From NCBI GenBank assembly GCA_002723415.1, contig PBOA01000005.1, positions 4,842 to 68,841 on the forward strand: 64,000 nucleotides of DNA, written 5' to 3'. The stretch comes from Chloroflexota bacterium. GTDB lineage: Bacteria > Chloroflexota > Dehalococcoidia > Lucifugimonadales > GCA-002723415. The position numbers and the translations under genes are program-made. A model generated the notes under the pieces. That model had not been told where the DNA came from and did not search any database. It saw only the letters and a list, made by a program, of their open reading frames with translations. This document shows positions 9,340 through 19,064 of this stretch, piece after piece (positions within the stretch are counted from its first letter, which is position 1; every line of letters begins with the position of its first letter).

Positions 9340-10707
9340 ATGTTAAATGATCGTAAGTTAATTATGCATTTAATGGGTAAGTCTGGCTTTGGAGCTACCC
9401 CGGAAGAATTAGATAAATATGTGTTAAAAGGTTATGATAATGTAGTTGAAGATATATTAAACCCTGTTCATTCTAGTTCTTTGCCTGAAGATATTATATA
9501 TAGATACCATGTGGATATTGCTGAATCTAGATTGCCTACTCCAACTGCTGCAAAATGGATGTACAGGTTAGTTACTACAGATTCTCCATTGGAAGAAAAA
9601 ATTGCTCTTTTTTGGCATGGTTTATTTGCATCTAATTTTGCAGATGTTCAGCAAATGACTATGTTGTATGAGCAAGTTGATATGTTTAGGAAGCTAGGAT
9701 TGGGGAATTTTAGAGATTTACTATTAGAGTTGTCTAAAGATACTGCCATGGGGCAGATGTTAGATAACATTGATAATCATGCGGATGCTATAAATGAAAA
9801 TTGGGGTAGAGAATTATTAGAATTGTTTTCTATGGGGATAGGTAATTATACTGAAGATGATGTTAAAGAAGCATCAAGGGCTTTTACTGGATGGACAAGA
9901 GATAATTTGGAATACACACCATTTTGGCCTTATGGAAGAGTTGCATGGCATCACAAATTTGATGATAATGATCATGATTTTAATACAAAAACATTCTTAG
10001 GCGAGACTGGTAATTTTGATGGGGACCAAATTATAGACATTATTGTTAAACAAAAAGCTACTGCAGAATTTATTAGTACTAGATTATATCAATATTTTTG
10101 TTCTGATCAAATAGATTCTGACGGCCAATTGGCTATTAATGAAATGATGGAAGCATATTTTACAAGTGGTTATGAAATTAGATCTGTACTCAGGAGTTTA
10201 TTTAAATCAGATCATTTTAAATCTGATAAATGTACATATTCTAAAGTTAAATCTCCTATTGAATTAGTTGTAGGAACTGTTCGTTTTTCTGAAGCTTACT
10301 CTAAGCCGACTTTAGCAATTAAAGATTTAGTTGACCAGGCTACATTTATGGGGCAAACTCTTTTTCAGCCACCTTCAGTTGAAGGTTGGCATGAAGGAGT
10401 TGAATGGATTGATAGTGGGACATTGATTGAAAGAGTTAATTTTGCTTCTTCTGAAATGTCTGATTTAAATAAACCAGGTGTTAAGAAATTAGTTGCTAGG
10501 ATTAAAAATGAGTTGCCAAATTCAATATCAAACGAAGATTTATTAAATAAATGCAGTGAAATGATAGGTTGTAATTTGTCAAATACTACGAAAGAATTGT
10601 TATTAGATTCTATTGATAATTCGCCAAATAAAAACCATAAATTTGATGACCAGATTGGTCAAATATTAGGATTTATTGCAGCTACAAAGGAATATCAATT
10701 AATATAA
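9340..10707 (+). CDS. DUF1800-like protein of unknown function
   Basis: 455 aa. The length and motifs ('FWHGLFAS', 'GRELLELFSMGIGNYTEDDV', 'FTGW') recall the DUF1800 family. No signal peptide seen. Family assignment is from memory. Confidence 0.5.
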   Translation: MLNDRKLIMHLMGKSGFGATPEELDKYVLKGYDNVVEDILNPVHSSSLPEDIIYRYHVDIAESRLPTPTAAKWMYRLVTTDSPLEEKIALFWHGLFASNFADVQQMTMLYEQVDMFRKLGLGNFRDLLLELSKDTAMGQMLDNIDNHADAINENWGRELLELFSMGIGNYTEDDVKEASRAFTGWTRDNLEYTPFWPYGRVAWHHKFDDNDHDFNTKTFLGETGNFDGDQIIDIIVKQKATAEFISTRLYQYFCSDQIDSDGQLAINEMMEAYFTSGYEIRSVLRSLFKSDHFKSDKCTYSKVKSPIELVVGTVRFSEAYSKPTLAIKDLVDQATFMGQTLFQPPSVEGWHEGVEWIDSGTLIERVNFASSEMSDLNKPGVKKLVARIKNELPNSISNEDLLNKCSEMIGCNLSNTTKELLLDSIDNSPNKNHKFDDQIGQILGFIAATKEYQLI

Positions 10708-10742
10708 TTTCTTAAAAAATTATTTTATAAGGGTAATGTATT

Positions 10743-11756
10743 ATGACTTCGTTAAAAAAATTAGAATATTTAAAAACAATTGGTATAGTAAACATTGGAA
10801 CTAATGGCCTTGGATTTTCAAATCCATATGATATAGCTTTTAGTTCTGATAACAGAATCTTTGTTATTAATAGGCATGATGCTCCAATAAATTTTAAACC
10901 TGAAGATGCAAGTGCTATTAGGGTGGGGGTTTTGAATTATGAAGAAGAATATTTAGGAGAATTTGGCAATGGCTTTGGGGAAAATGATGGACAATTTAGA
11001 CTTCCTGTTGCAATGGATTTTGATAGTAAAGGTAAGTTGTATATCACTGATGAATTTAATAATAAGGTGACAGTTTTTAATTCTTCTGGAGATTTTTTAT
11101 TTAGTTGGGGAGATTATGGTGATGGACTTGGTGAAATTGATGGTCCGGCTGGTATTTCTATAGACCATGAAGATAATGTTTATGTTGTAGATCAAAATAA
11201 CCATCGAATACAAAAATTTACTAATGATGGGCAATTTATTTTATCCTGGGGAGCTTTTGGTTGTGGAAAAGGAGAATTTAATATGCCTTGGGGTATTTTT
11301 GCTGATTTACAAGGAGATATATATGTAGCAGATTGGAGAAATAACAGAATACAAGAATTTACAAATACTGGGGAATTTAAAGCCATTTATGAAAATGATT
11401 TTAATAGACCTTCTTCAGTAGTGGTAGATGAATCAGGACTTCTTTATATTGCTGATTGGGGGAACCATAAAGTAAAAATATTGAATAAAAGTGGGAATTT
11501 ACTTTCTGTATTAGATGGACAAGCAACTTTATCAAAATGGGCAAAAGAATGGTATGATAAATTGCCTGATCAATTAGAAGCCAGGAAGAAGGCAAATTTA
11601 GTGCCAGAATTACCTAGTCAATTCAATACACCTTATCAGAAATCAGCACAAACAGAACCTTATTTTTGGGGGCCCGTATCTGTTAAAATTGATTCGGAAA
11701 ATAGATTGTATGTCGTTGAAAGTCTTCGCCATAGGATACAAGTTTTTAGTATTTAA
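10743..11756 (+). CDS. NHL-repeat beta-propeller protein
   Basis: 337 aa with repeated 'G.G.G.F..P.G....G..YV.D..N.RIQ.F' units, about six blades. The last blade is interrupted by a ~50-aa insertion. Confidence 0.75.
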   Translation: MTSLKKLEYLKTIGIVNIGTNGLGFSNPYDIAFSSDNRIFVINRHDAPINFKPEDASAIRVGVLNYEEEYLGEFGNGFGENDGQFRLPVAMDFDSKGKLYITDEFNNKVTVFNSSGDFLFSWGDYGDGLGEIDGPAGISIDHEDNVYVVDQNNHRIQKFTNDGQFILSWGAFGCGKGEFNMPWGIFADLQGDIYVADWRNNRIQEFTNTGEFKAIYENDFNRPSSVVVDESGLLYIADWGNHKVKILNKSGNLLSVLDGQATLSKWAKEWYDKLPDQLEARKKANLVPELPSQFNTPYQKSAQTEPYFWGPVSVKIDSENRLYVVESLRHRIQVFSI

Positions 11757-12513
11757 TATCTATACCAGTAGGGCAATGGTCTGAACCCATTACCTTATAT
11801 TGAATAAAAGCATTTTCTAAATTATCAATACTATTGGCATCTATAAAAAAGTAATCTATTCTCCAGCCTACATTTCGTTCTCTAGCCCGGGTTATCATAT
11901 CCCACCATGTATAATTATTTGGGCTTTTGTCAAAATGCCTAAAGGTATCTATAAATCCAGATTTTATAAATTTGTCCATCCATTTACGTTCAATTGGTAA
12001 AAATCCAGAAGTCCCCTCATTAGGTTTTGGTCTAGATAAGTCGATTTCTTTATGAGCGGTATTAAAATCACCACATATAATTATTTTTTTCCCTGCATTT
12101 TTTAGGTTTAATACTTTCTCTAAGAAATAATCGTAGAATCTAAGCTTGTAATTTAATCTTTCTTTTGAAGCTTTTCCATTAGGATAATATATATTTAATA
12201 GAACAAAAGATTCATATTCTATTATTAAAGTACGACCTTCATTATCAAATTCTGGGTTGCCTAATCCATGATTAATAGATTTAGGTTGTTCTTTTGAGTA
12301 CACGGCAACTCCACTATACCCTTTTTTTTCTGCTGAAGAGAATGCAGCATAATAGTTTTTGATTGGATTTATTTCTTTTGGTAGTTGGTCTGGATGAGCC
12401 TTAGTTTCTTGTAGGCAAATTATATCAGGATTTTCTGATTCAACCCAATCTAGAAAGCCTTTTTTGTATATCGCTCTTAAGCCATTTACATTCCAAGATA
12501 ATATTTTAGTCAA
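11746..12513 (-). CDS. xth: exodeoxyribonuclease III
   Basis: 255 aa with 'SWNVNGLRA', 'CLQETK', 'GDFNTAH' and 'GSDHCP' EEP-nuclease motifs. Confidence 0.9.
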   Translation of the reverse strand: MTKILSWNVNGLRAIYKKGFLDWVESENPDIICLQETKAHPDQLPKEINPIKNYYAAFSSAEKKGYSGVAVYSKEQPKSINHGLGNPEFDNEGRTLIIEYESFVLLNIYYPNGKASKERLNYKLRFYDYFLEKVLNLKNAGKKIIICGDFNTAHKEIDLSRPKPNEGTSGFLPIERKWMDKFIKSGFIDTFRHFDKSPNNYTWWDMITRARERNVGWRIDYFFIDANSIDNLENAFIQYKVMGSDHCPTGIDIKY

Positions 12514-12542
12514 TTTTTTCTCCTGTAAAATTTTTAGATATT

Positions 12543-13868
12543 TTATTTTAATATTTTCTCAATATCAACGATTTCTTTGGGGATATTATTAGATAATATT
12601 TTATGGCCTGAATTAGTTACCAATATATTGTCTTCAATTCTTATACCTATATTTTTATATTTAGTAGAAATATTTTTTATGTTTTCACCAAAGTAAATAC
12701 CAGGTTCTACAGTAAAGGTCATGCCTGGTTTTAGAAGAGTGCTTTTGTTATTTTGATTATAGTTACCTACGTCATGGACATCTAAGCCTAGCCAATGAGA
12801 TGTACCATGCATAAAATATTTTATATATTCTTTATTTTCTATTACATTTTTTTTAGTATCTTTTAGTATTTTTAAATCAATTAAACCTTGAATAATAATT
12901 TCTAACGCTTTTTGATGAACAGAACTTATGGGTATCCCAGGTTTTATAATTTCTATAGATTTTTTTTGTGCTTCTAATACTATTTCATATATTGCTCTTT
13001 GTGCTTTAGTAAAAACTCCATTAATTGGCCATGTTCTAGTTATGTCAGCTGTATAATAATTAAACTCTGCTCCGGCATCGATTAATAGCAATTCTGAATT
13101 TTTTAAAATCGAATCATTTTCAATGTAATGAAGAGTACAAGTATTCTTACCACTAGCAACTATTGAAGGGTAGCCATTTCTCTTTGCCCCGTTAATTCTA
13201 AATTCATATTCTAAAATAGCTTGTATTTCAAATTCATTTTTTCCATCTTGAGTCGCCTCCATGGCTTTTAAAAATCCTTTTTCTGTAATATCTACAGCTG
13301 TTTGTATTAGATTTATTTCTTCTTTAGTTTTTATTAAACGCATTTCATTAATTAATGGATTGGGATCTTTGATTTGAATAGGATTTTTATTTCTTCTTTC
13401 AGAAGACATTCTTCTTTCGATTAAAATTTCTGTAATTAGCGGATCAATAATGGGGTCATCTCCAAATGCATAATATATGCATTCATGTTGTTCCGTAATT
13501 TCAAATAATTTTTCTTTCAATTTTTCAATTGAAGTCCCTTTATCTGCACAAAAATTTTTTTCTATACCTTTTATACCTGATCTAGCACCTACCCATATAG
13601 CCATGTCAGGGTCATAGGGGTTTACAAACATAGTATATTGGTTTTTTGATTTGCTATCTAATATCATTACTGCATCAGGTTCTTCAAATCCAGAAAAATA
13701 CCAAAAGGAAGAATTTTGCCTGAATTCATAGTCAACATCATTATTTCTTTTTGTTGAATGCATTCCAGGAAGAATGAAAATACCATCAGAAACCATATTT
13801 AATAGTCTATTCCTGCGTTCTTTAAATATTTTATTTGTTATTTTTGACATTGTTGAGTTTGTTTTCAT
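12543..13868 (-). CDS. pepP: Xaa-Pro aminopeptidase (M24B)
   Basis: 441 aa with an AMP_N-like N-terminus and the M24 metal-ligand motifs 'LIDAGAE', 'DITRT', 'HGTSHWLGLDVHD' and 'TVEPGIY'. Confidence 0.85.
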   Translation of the reverse strand: MKTNSTMSKITNKIFKERRNRLLNMVSDGIFILPGMHSTKRNNDVDYEFRQNSSFWYFSGFEEPDAVMILDSKSKNQYTMFVNPYDPDMAIWVGARSGIKGIEKNFCADKGTSIEKLKEKLFEITEQHECIYYAFGDDPIIDPLITEILIERRMSSERRNKNPIQIKDPNPLINEMRLIKTKEEINLIQTAVDITEKGFLKAMEATQDGKNEFEIQAILEYEFRINGAKRNGYPSIVASGKNTCTLHYIENDSILKNSELLLIDAGAEFNYYTADITRTWPINGVFTKAQRAIYEIVLEAQKKSIEIIKPGIPISSVHQKALEIIIQGLIDLKILKDTKKNVIENKEYIKYFMHGTSHWLGLDVHDVGNYNQNNKSTLLKPGMTFTVEPGIYFGENIKNISTKYKNIGIRIEDNILVTNSGHKILSNNIPKEIVDIEKILK

Positions 13869-13895
13869 ATAAATTTACCTTTGTGATTATACTAA

Positions 13896-14792
13896 CTAGT
13901 TTAAATTGTTAATTATTGAATTTAAATCTTTTGGTAATTTTGATTCAAATTCTACATTTTTGTTTGTAGCAGGCAACTTAAATCCAAGTAAATTAGCATG
14001 TAGAAATTGTCTATTTATCAAGTGTGTTTGTCCTCCATATTTTTTATCACCAACTAATGGATGATTTAAAAATGCAAAATGAACCCGTATTTGATGGGTT
14101 CTTCCAGTAATAGTTTTTATATCTAATAGTGTATAGTTCTTAAATTCTTTGATTTTTTTAAATAATGTAATAGATTTTCTTCCATCTTGTCTTACCGACA
14201 TCTTTTGACGGTTGAATGGATTTCTTCCTATTGCTTCATTTATTGTTCCAGCATTACTAATTATTTTCCCATGAACTAATGCTATATAATGTTTATTGAA
14301 TCCAATTGTTTTTTGTTGATTAGTTAAATGGGTTTGAGAACTTTCATTTTTGGCAACTACCATTAAGCCAGAAGTATCTTTATCTAATCTATGCACTATA
14401 CCAGGTCTAATACTGCCATTAATAGCTTTTAAATCAGGACACCTATACATAATGGCGTTTGCTAGAGTGCCTTTTTTATTACCAGCTCCAGGGTGTACCG
14501 TAAGATTAGCAGGTTTGTCTATAACTAAAATATCTTGATCTTCATATATTATGTTTAATGGTATATTTTCTGGGATCAGGTAACTTTCTACTGGATCTGG
14601 TATGGAAATTGCAATCTTTTGGCCAAATTGAAGTTTTATTGAAGGTTTGGTTAGTTTGTTTTCAACAGTTACGTTGCCTTGATTAATTAACTGTTTTAAC
14701 CTGGAGCGCGAAATCTCTGGGTAGTGATGAGCTAAAAATTTGTCAATACGCTGTCCATCAGTATTTACTGTTAGTGTTAGTGTTTTGTCCAT
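13896..14792 (-). CDS. rluD: RluA-family 23S rRNA pseudouridine synthase (RluD-like)
   Basis: 298 aa with an S4-like N-terminus and the catalytic 'HRLDKDTSGLMV' motif. Overlaps lspA, as in the common lspA-rluD pair. Confidence 0.85.
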   Translation of the reverse strand: MDKTLTLTVNTDGQRIDKFLAHHYPEISRSRLKQLINQGNVTVENKLTKPSIKLQFGQKIAISIPDPVESYLIPENIPLNIIYEDQDILVIDKPANLTVHPGAGNKKGTLANAIMYRCPDLKAINGSIRPGIVHRLDKDTSGLMVVAKNESSQTHLTNQQKTIGFNKHYIALVHGKIISNAGTINEAIGRNPFNRQKMSVRQDGRKSITLFKKIKEFKNYTLLDIKTITGRTHQIRVHFAFLNHPLVGDKKYGGQTHLINRQFLHANLLGFKLPATNKNVEFESKLPKDLNSIINNLN

Positions 14793-15286
14793 TTAATTTT
14801 ATTTTGTTCTTTTTTTGGTTTGTCAAATATAAATAAAACTGTAATTAGTATAAATGTTCCTACTGATACAGAGGAATCTGCAATATTAAACCATGGCCAC
14901 CACCAGAACCCAATGAAATCTACAACATAACCTTGATAGATTCTATCAAATAAATTTCCTAAAGCTCCTCCAACCATCAACCCTAATGCAAATCTAAGCA
15001 TTGGCTTAGATTTTGCGTTATAGTAATAGTATAAATAAATTAAAAAACAAATCCCAATAATAGATGCAATAGTGAGAAAAAGAGTGGCATTTTGAAAAAG
15101 CCCAAAAGCTGATCCCGTATTAGTAACATATGCTAGCCTTATTGGACTTTCTTCAGGCCAAATTTTGCCTCCTTTAAAAATATTGGTTACAATATTTTTA
15201 CTTAATTGGTCTAATAAGAATACAACTATTATTGTTGGCCAAAAAATAAAGTCTCTAAAAATTTTTTTTTCTTTAATGATATTCAT
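14777..15286 (-). CDS. lspA: lipoprotein signal peptidase II
   Basis: 169 aa with four hydrophobic segments and the 'NTGSAFG' and 'FNIADS' catalytic-Asp motifs. Confidence 0.85.
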   Translation of the reverse strand: MNIIKEKKIFRDFIFWPTIIVVFLLDQLSKNIVTNIFKGGKIWPEESPIRLAYVTNTGSAFGLFQNATLFLTIASIIGICFLIYLYYYYNAKSKPMLRFALGLMVGGALGNLFDRIYQGYVVDFIGFWWWPWFNIADSSVSVGTFILITVLFIFDKPKKEQNKIKWTKH

Positions 15287-15374
15287 TATATATAGGTTGT
15301 TTTTATTGGTTAGGTTATGATTTCTATATTTTATATCAATATAATATCAAAATTTTACATAATTTTTACAATAA

Positions 15375-16643
15375 TCAGGTTTTAATAATAGGTTTTTTAA
15401 CCATTAATATACCTATAGCTCCTATATATGCTAGTATTGCAAAAAATATTAATGGGATATTGTAGGTACCTGTTTTTTCAAAAATATATGCTGTTAAAAT
15501 TGGGGATACAAGCATACTTAGATTGTTGGGTAACATTGATATACCCATTATAGAACCGAAAGCTTTACGTCCAAAATATTCTCCTCTAATAGCAGTTAAT
15601 AAAGGCACCCTTCCTCCTACTGCAATTCCCCAGAAAATAGCAAATATAAAAGCTGAGGGAATTTTGTAATTAGATGCATCAGATAGGTTATTCCCTATTG
15701 TTAATATGGTTAAAGATATTCCTTGCAATATATAGAAGACCATCGCAACTTGAGGTTTGGGTAATTTGTCACCTAAATATCCAGCTAATAATTGTGCAGG
15801 TATAGCAGTCGTGGTAAACGTAGCAATTACTAATGCAGAATCTGTTAAACTCATATTCATGTCAGTTAGTAAAGGTACTAAATGTACTTGCATAGTTACT
15901 AGTGATATAGTAGAAAACATATGTACAAATGCTAATATCCAGAATGTTTGGGTTCTTAATGCTTGTCCAACAGTAAAATCTGGATTTTCATTTTCTTGAT
16001 TAAATGAATTAAGGTTATTGCTTTTAGTATTATATGGAGTAAGATTAATATCTTCTGGTTTGTTTTTTACAAAAGAAGCAATTGGAATGAAGCAGAATAT
16101 TATTATAGCTACTATTGTAGTTGTGGTTTCAAATCCATATTTTTCTAGACTCCATGATAGTGGATAGATAAGAAATCCACCTATATATACCCCAGTCATT
16201 GAAGTTGCAAGGGCAAATGTCCTTTTTGCAATAAACCAATTATTGACCAAAGACATTATAGCTAGCCATCCACCAAAACCTGCTCCAATAGTAATTATTA
16301 TGTATGAAAAATAGAACTGCCACAAATATTGTATTTGGGAGAACATTAAAATACCAATAGCTACTATTGTGAAACCAATTAATATCATAATTCGGCTGCC
16401 AATTTTATCTATAAGCCAGCCTTCTATGGGGCCAAAAACTGCTCCTTGAATTCTTGAAAGGCTAAAAGGTGCAGATAGTTTAGTTCTACTCCATCCAAAT
16501 TTTTTTTCTAATATATATATATATGTTCCAATACTTTGAAAACTACTTGCAGATATAAGTGTTAACGCTAAAGAAGCAAAACCAACTATTCTCCACCCAT
16601 AATATATTTGGTTTGAGTTTGAGTTTTGTTTATTTGGATTCAT
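15375..16643 (-). CDS. MFS transporter
   Basis: 422 aa, polytopic (about 12 hydrophobic segments) with a central hydrophilic loop. Substrate unknown. Confidence 0.7.
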   Translation of the reverse strand: MNPNKQNSNSNQIYYGWRIVGFASLALTLISASSFQSIGTYIYILEKKFGWSRTKLSAPFSLSRIQGAVFGPIEGWLIDKIGSRIMILIGFTIVAIGILMFSQIQYLWQFYFSYIIITIGAGFGGWLAIMSLVNNWFIAKRTFALATSMTGVYIGGFLIYPLSWSLEKYGFETTTTIVAIIIFCFIPIASFVKNKPEDINLTPYNTKSNNLNSFNQENENPDFTVGQALRTQTFWILAFVHMFSTISLVTMQVHLVPLLTDMNMSLTDSALVIATFTTTAIPAQLLAGYLGDKLPKPQVAMVFYILQGISLTILTIGNNLSDASNYKIPSAFIFAIFWGIAVGGRVPLLTAIRGEYFGRKAFGSIMGISMLPNNLSMLVSPILTAYIFEKTGTYNIPLIFFAILAYIGAIGILMVKKPIIKT

Positions 16644-16691
16644 TGCTGGTCATTCTATACAGAATGGGTAAGTAATTCAAGTTTATATCTG

Positions 16692-17789
16692 TCATGTTAA
16701 GGAGGATTTAGTTAGAGATTTTTTAAATGAATTGAAAATTCTAGTTATCGGTTGGTTTAAAATTGATACGTTGATATTTAACCTAATTTTAGTTTTTTGA
16801 ATATCGTCTATATTTACTAGGATAAAATTATTTTCTAAATTTTTTATAAAAGTTTGTAAGTTTATATTAGAAGATAATTCTGCCAAATACACATTAGATC
16901 CATTTTTATTTGTTTTAATGTTTATTTCGGGGATAGTATTTAATTCGATTAATAATTTTTTAAAATGATTAATCGAAAGTTTGAATTTATTTTGGAATTC
17001 TTTAATTCCCTTTAATGCTGTAATAGCAGCTATATTAGCTGAGTTAATACTTCCTCCGAACATACGTCTATCATGATGGAGTCCACGAATTAAATTCTGA
17101 TTACCTGCAAGTATTGCGCCAAAAGGAGCCCCAAAATATTTGTATAATGAAATGTAAACTGAATCAAACATTTCTGTATATCTTTTAATATCTATACCAG
17201 TGATATCAGACATTATGAATAGTCTTGCTCCATCTAAATGAATTGGTATTGATTTTGTTTTACAGTAACTTGTAATGGATTCAAGATGCTTAAAAGGGAT
17301 TATTTCGCCATATTTTCTTCTAATTGGGCTTTCTAAGCTAACTGCTCCTACGGGGTTATATACACGAGCATTATTAATTTCATGCAAATAATCTTTGAAT
17401 TCTTTTAGCTTGAAATAAGATTTATTCTTTCCTAAAGGAGTTAGTTTTATGCCACTTAATCTGCTTAGGCTGTCGCCTGTGTCAAGGTATATGTGACTTT
17501 GCTCCTGAACTATAACATTTTGCTTTGTTTTACATAGTTTTCTAAGGGCTAAATGGTTAGCAAGTGTACCAGTAGGAAAAAAAATGGCTGCTTCTTTTCC
17601 TAAAATATTTGCTAATGAGTTTTCTAATACTGAAACTGCTCCTCCGATACTATAATCATCTTTCTCGTATATATATTTATCTAAATTTTCAAAATTTATA
17701 TAAGTATTTAATGAGGTTTTATGATCACTATCACCTATGAAAGTTACGGTGTTATTTGTTTGATTAGTAATATTATTTCTTGAATTAAT
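16692..17789 (-). CDS. threonine aldolase-like PLP-dependent enzyme (beta-eliminating lyase fold)
   Basis: The track ORF (231 aa, TTG 17387) is only the C-terminal part. The same frame stays open up to a TAA at 17801-17799. The upstream part encodes the family N-terminus ('FIGDSDH...', 'FFPTGTLANHLAL'). The PLP lysine context is 'SLYKYFGAPFG'. No ATG/GTG/TTG is present upstream. ATT at 17789-17787 sits 6 nt after AAGGA. Start is uncertain. Confidence 0.65.
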   Translation of the reverse strand: MNSRNNITNQTNNTVTFIGDSDHKTSLNTYINFENLDKYIYEKDDYSIGGAVSVLENSLANILGKEAAIFFPTGTLANHLALRKLCKTKQNVIVQEQSHIYLDTGDSLSRLSGIKLTPLGKNKSYFKLKEFKDYLHEINNARVYNPVGAVSLESPIRRKYGEIIPFKHLESITSYCKTKSIPIHLDGARLFIMSDITGIDIKRYTEMFDSVYISLYKYFGAPFGAILAGNQNLIRGLHHDRRMFGGSINSANIAAITALKGIKEFQNKFKLSINHFKKLLIELNTIPEINIKTNKNGSNVYLAELSSNINLQTFIKNLENNFILVNIDDIQKTKIRLNINVSILNQPITRIFNSFKKSLTKSSLT

Positions 17790-17960
17790 TTTATATCCTT
17801 ATTGAGTTGATTATATTTTTTAAATAACTTTATATGCTGTATATTTTGAATACTTTTTGCGATATTATTATTATGTTTTTTTTATGTCAAGTGGATGAAT
17901 ATTTTAAAAATATTATATATTAATAAGTAACTAAGGTTTAGGTAAACTTTATGGAGAGAG

Positions 17961-19064
17961 ATGGAAAAATATATTTTTAAATGTACAAATTGTTCAAAAA
18001 TATTCAAGCCTTCTTTGAGTACTTTAGAATGTTTTTCATGTAATGATCCTTTAATTATTGAGTACAATAATACTAGGAAAATATCAAGTGATTATATTCA
18101 ATTACCTTTAAAATCTAAATATAATCTTACTCTAGGAGAAGGGAATACTCCGATTATTAAAATGGATAAATTTTCTAGGTTATTCGGTTTAGATAATGTA
18201 TTTGCAAAATTAGAATTTTTAAACCCTACTGGCTCTTTTAAAGATAGAGGTAGCCAAATTTTATTGTCTGTTATATGTGAAAATAAAATCAATGAAATAG
18301 TGGAAGATTCTTCTGGTAACGCTGGGGCATCAATATCTTCATATTCTGCTCGAGCAGGAGTAAAAGCTAATATATTTGTACCTAGCTCCGCTCCTTTAGC
18401 TAAAATCAATCAGATAAATGTATATGGAGGCAAAATACATAAAGTTGAAGGTCCTAGAGAAAATGCAACTAAAGAGGCTTTAAATTATTGTAGGGAAAAT
18501 AATTTAATTTATGCATCGCATAACGCCAGTCCTTATTTTTTGGAAGGTATTAAAAGTTTTGCATATGAAGTATTTAATCAATGTACGAATAATTTTCCAG
18601 ATCATATAATAATTCCCGTTGGGAATGGTTCATTAATATTGGGAGCCTTTTTGGGATTTAATGAATTATATAAGTTTGGGTTTTTGAATAAAATCCCTAA
18701 ATTACATGCGATTCAAGCAAATAATATCATGCCAATTACATCAGCTTTTAATAATCAATGTTGGGAAGGTTCAATGGCTTCACAAACTATAGCTGGAGGC
18801 ATATCTGCGATTAACCCGCCTAGGTTATTACAAATTTTAAATGTAATAAAACAAACTAGTGGTAGCTCTTTTGCAATTTCGGAATCAGAAATTTTGAAGT
18901 ATCAAAAATTGCTTTCAAAATTGGAAGGAATTTATATGGAACCTACATCTGCTGTTCCATTTGCTAGTATAGAGAATTTGATTAATGCGAAAATAATTAA
19001 TCAATCAGACAATATATTAATTCCTATAACAGGCTTAGGATTAAAAGATAAGCCTCCAGTTTAG
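17961..19064 (+). CDS. thrC: threonine synthase (short form with N-terminal Cys4 zinc ribbon)
   Basis: 367 aa with the PLP-lysine motif 'NPTGSFKDRG' and N-terminal 'CTNC...CFSC'. GGAGAG SD upstream. Confidence 0.75.
   Translation: MEKYIFKCTNCSKIFKPSLSTLECFSCNDPLIIEYNNTRKISSDYIQLPLKSKYNLTLGEGNTPIIKMDKFSRLFGLDNVFAKLEFLNPTGSFKDRGSQILLSVICENKINEIVEDSSGNAGASISSYSARAGVKANIFVPSSAPLAKINQINVYGGKIHKVEGPRENATKEALNYCRENNLIYASHNASPYFLEGIKSFAYEVFNQCTNNFPDHIIIPVGNGSLILGAFLGFNELYKFGFLNKIPKLHAIQANNIMPITSAFNNQCWEGSMASQTIAGGISAINPPRLLQILNVIKQTSGSSFAISESEILKYQKLLSKLEGIYMEPTSAVPFASIENLINAKIINQSDNILIPITGLGLKDKPPV

Noticed and set aside
4793-18409. Short ORFs inside or overlapping thiO, the OCD gene, the MBL gene, the NHL gene, rluD, the MFS gene and thrC. 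Most are antisense: 4793-5014, 7808-8059, 8681-8902, 11192-11386, 11401-11595, 14350-14538, 15757-15999 and 18098-18409. ORF 17882-18067 runs antisense across the thrC 5' end and upstream spacer.
   Set aside because: All overlap better-supported genes on the opposite strand and lack motifs, SD sequences or plausible operon context.
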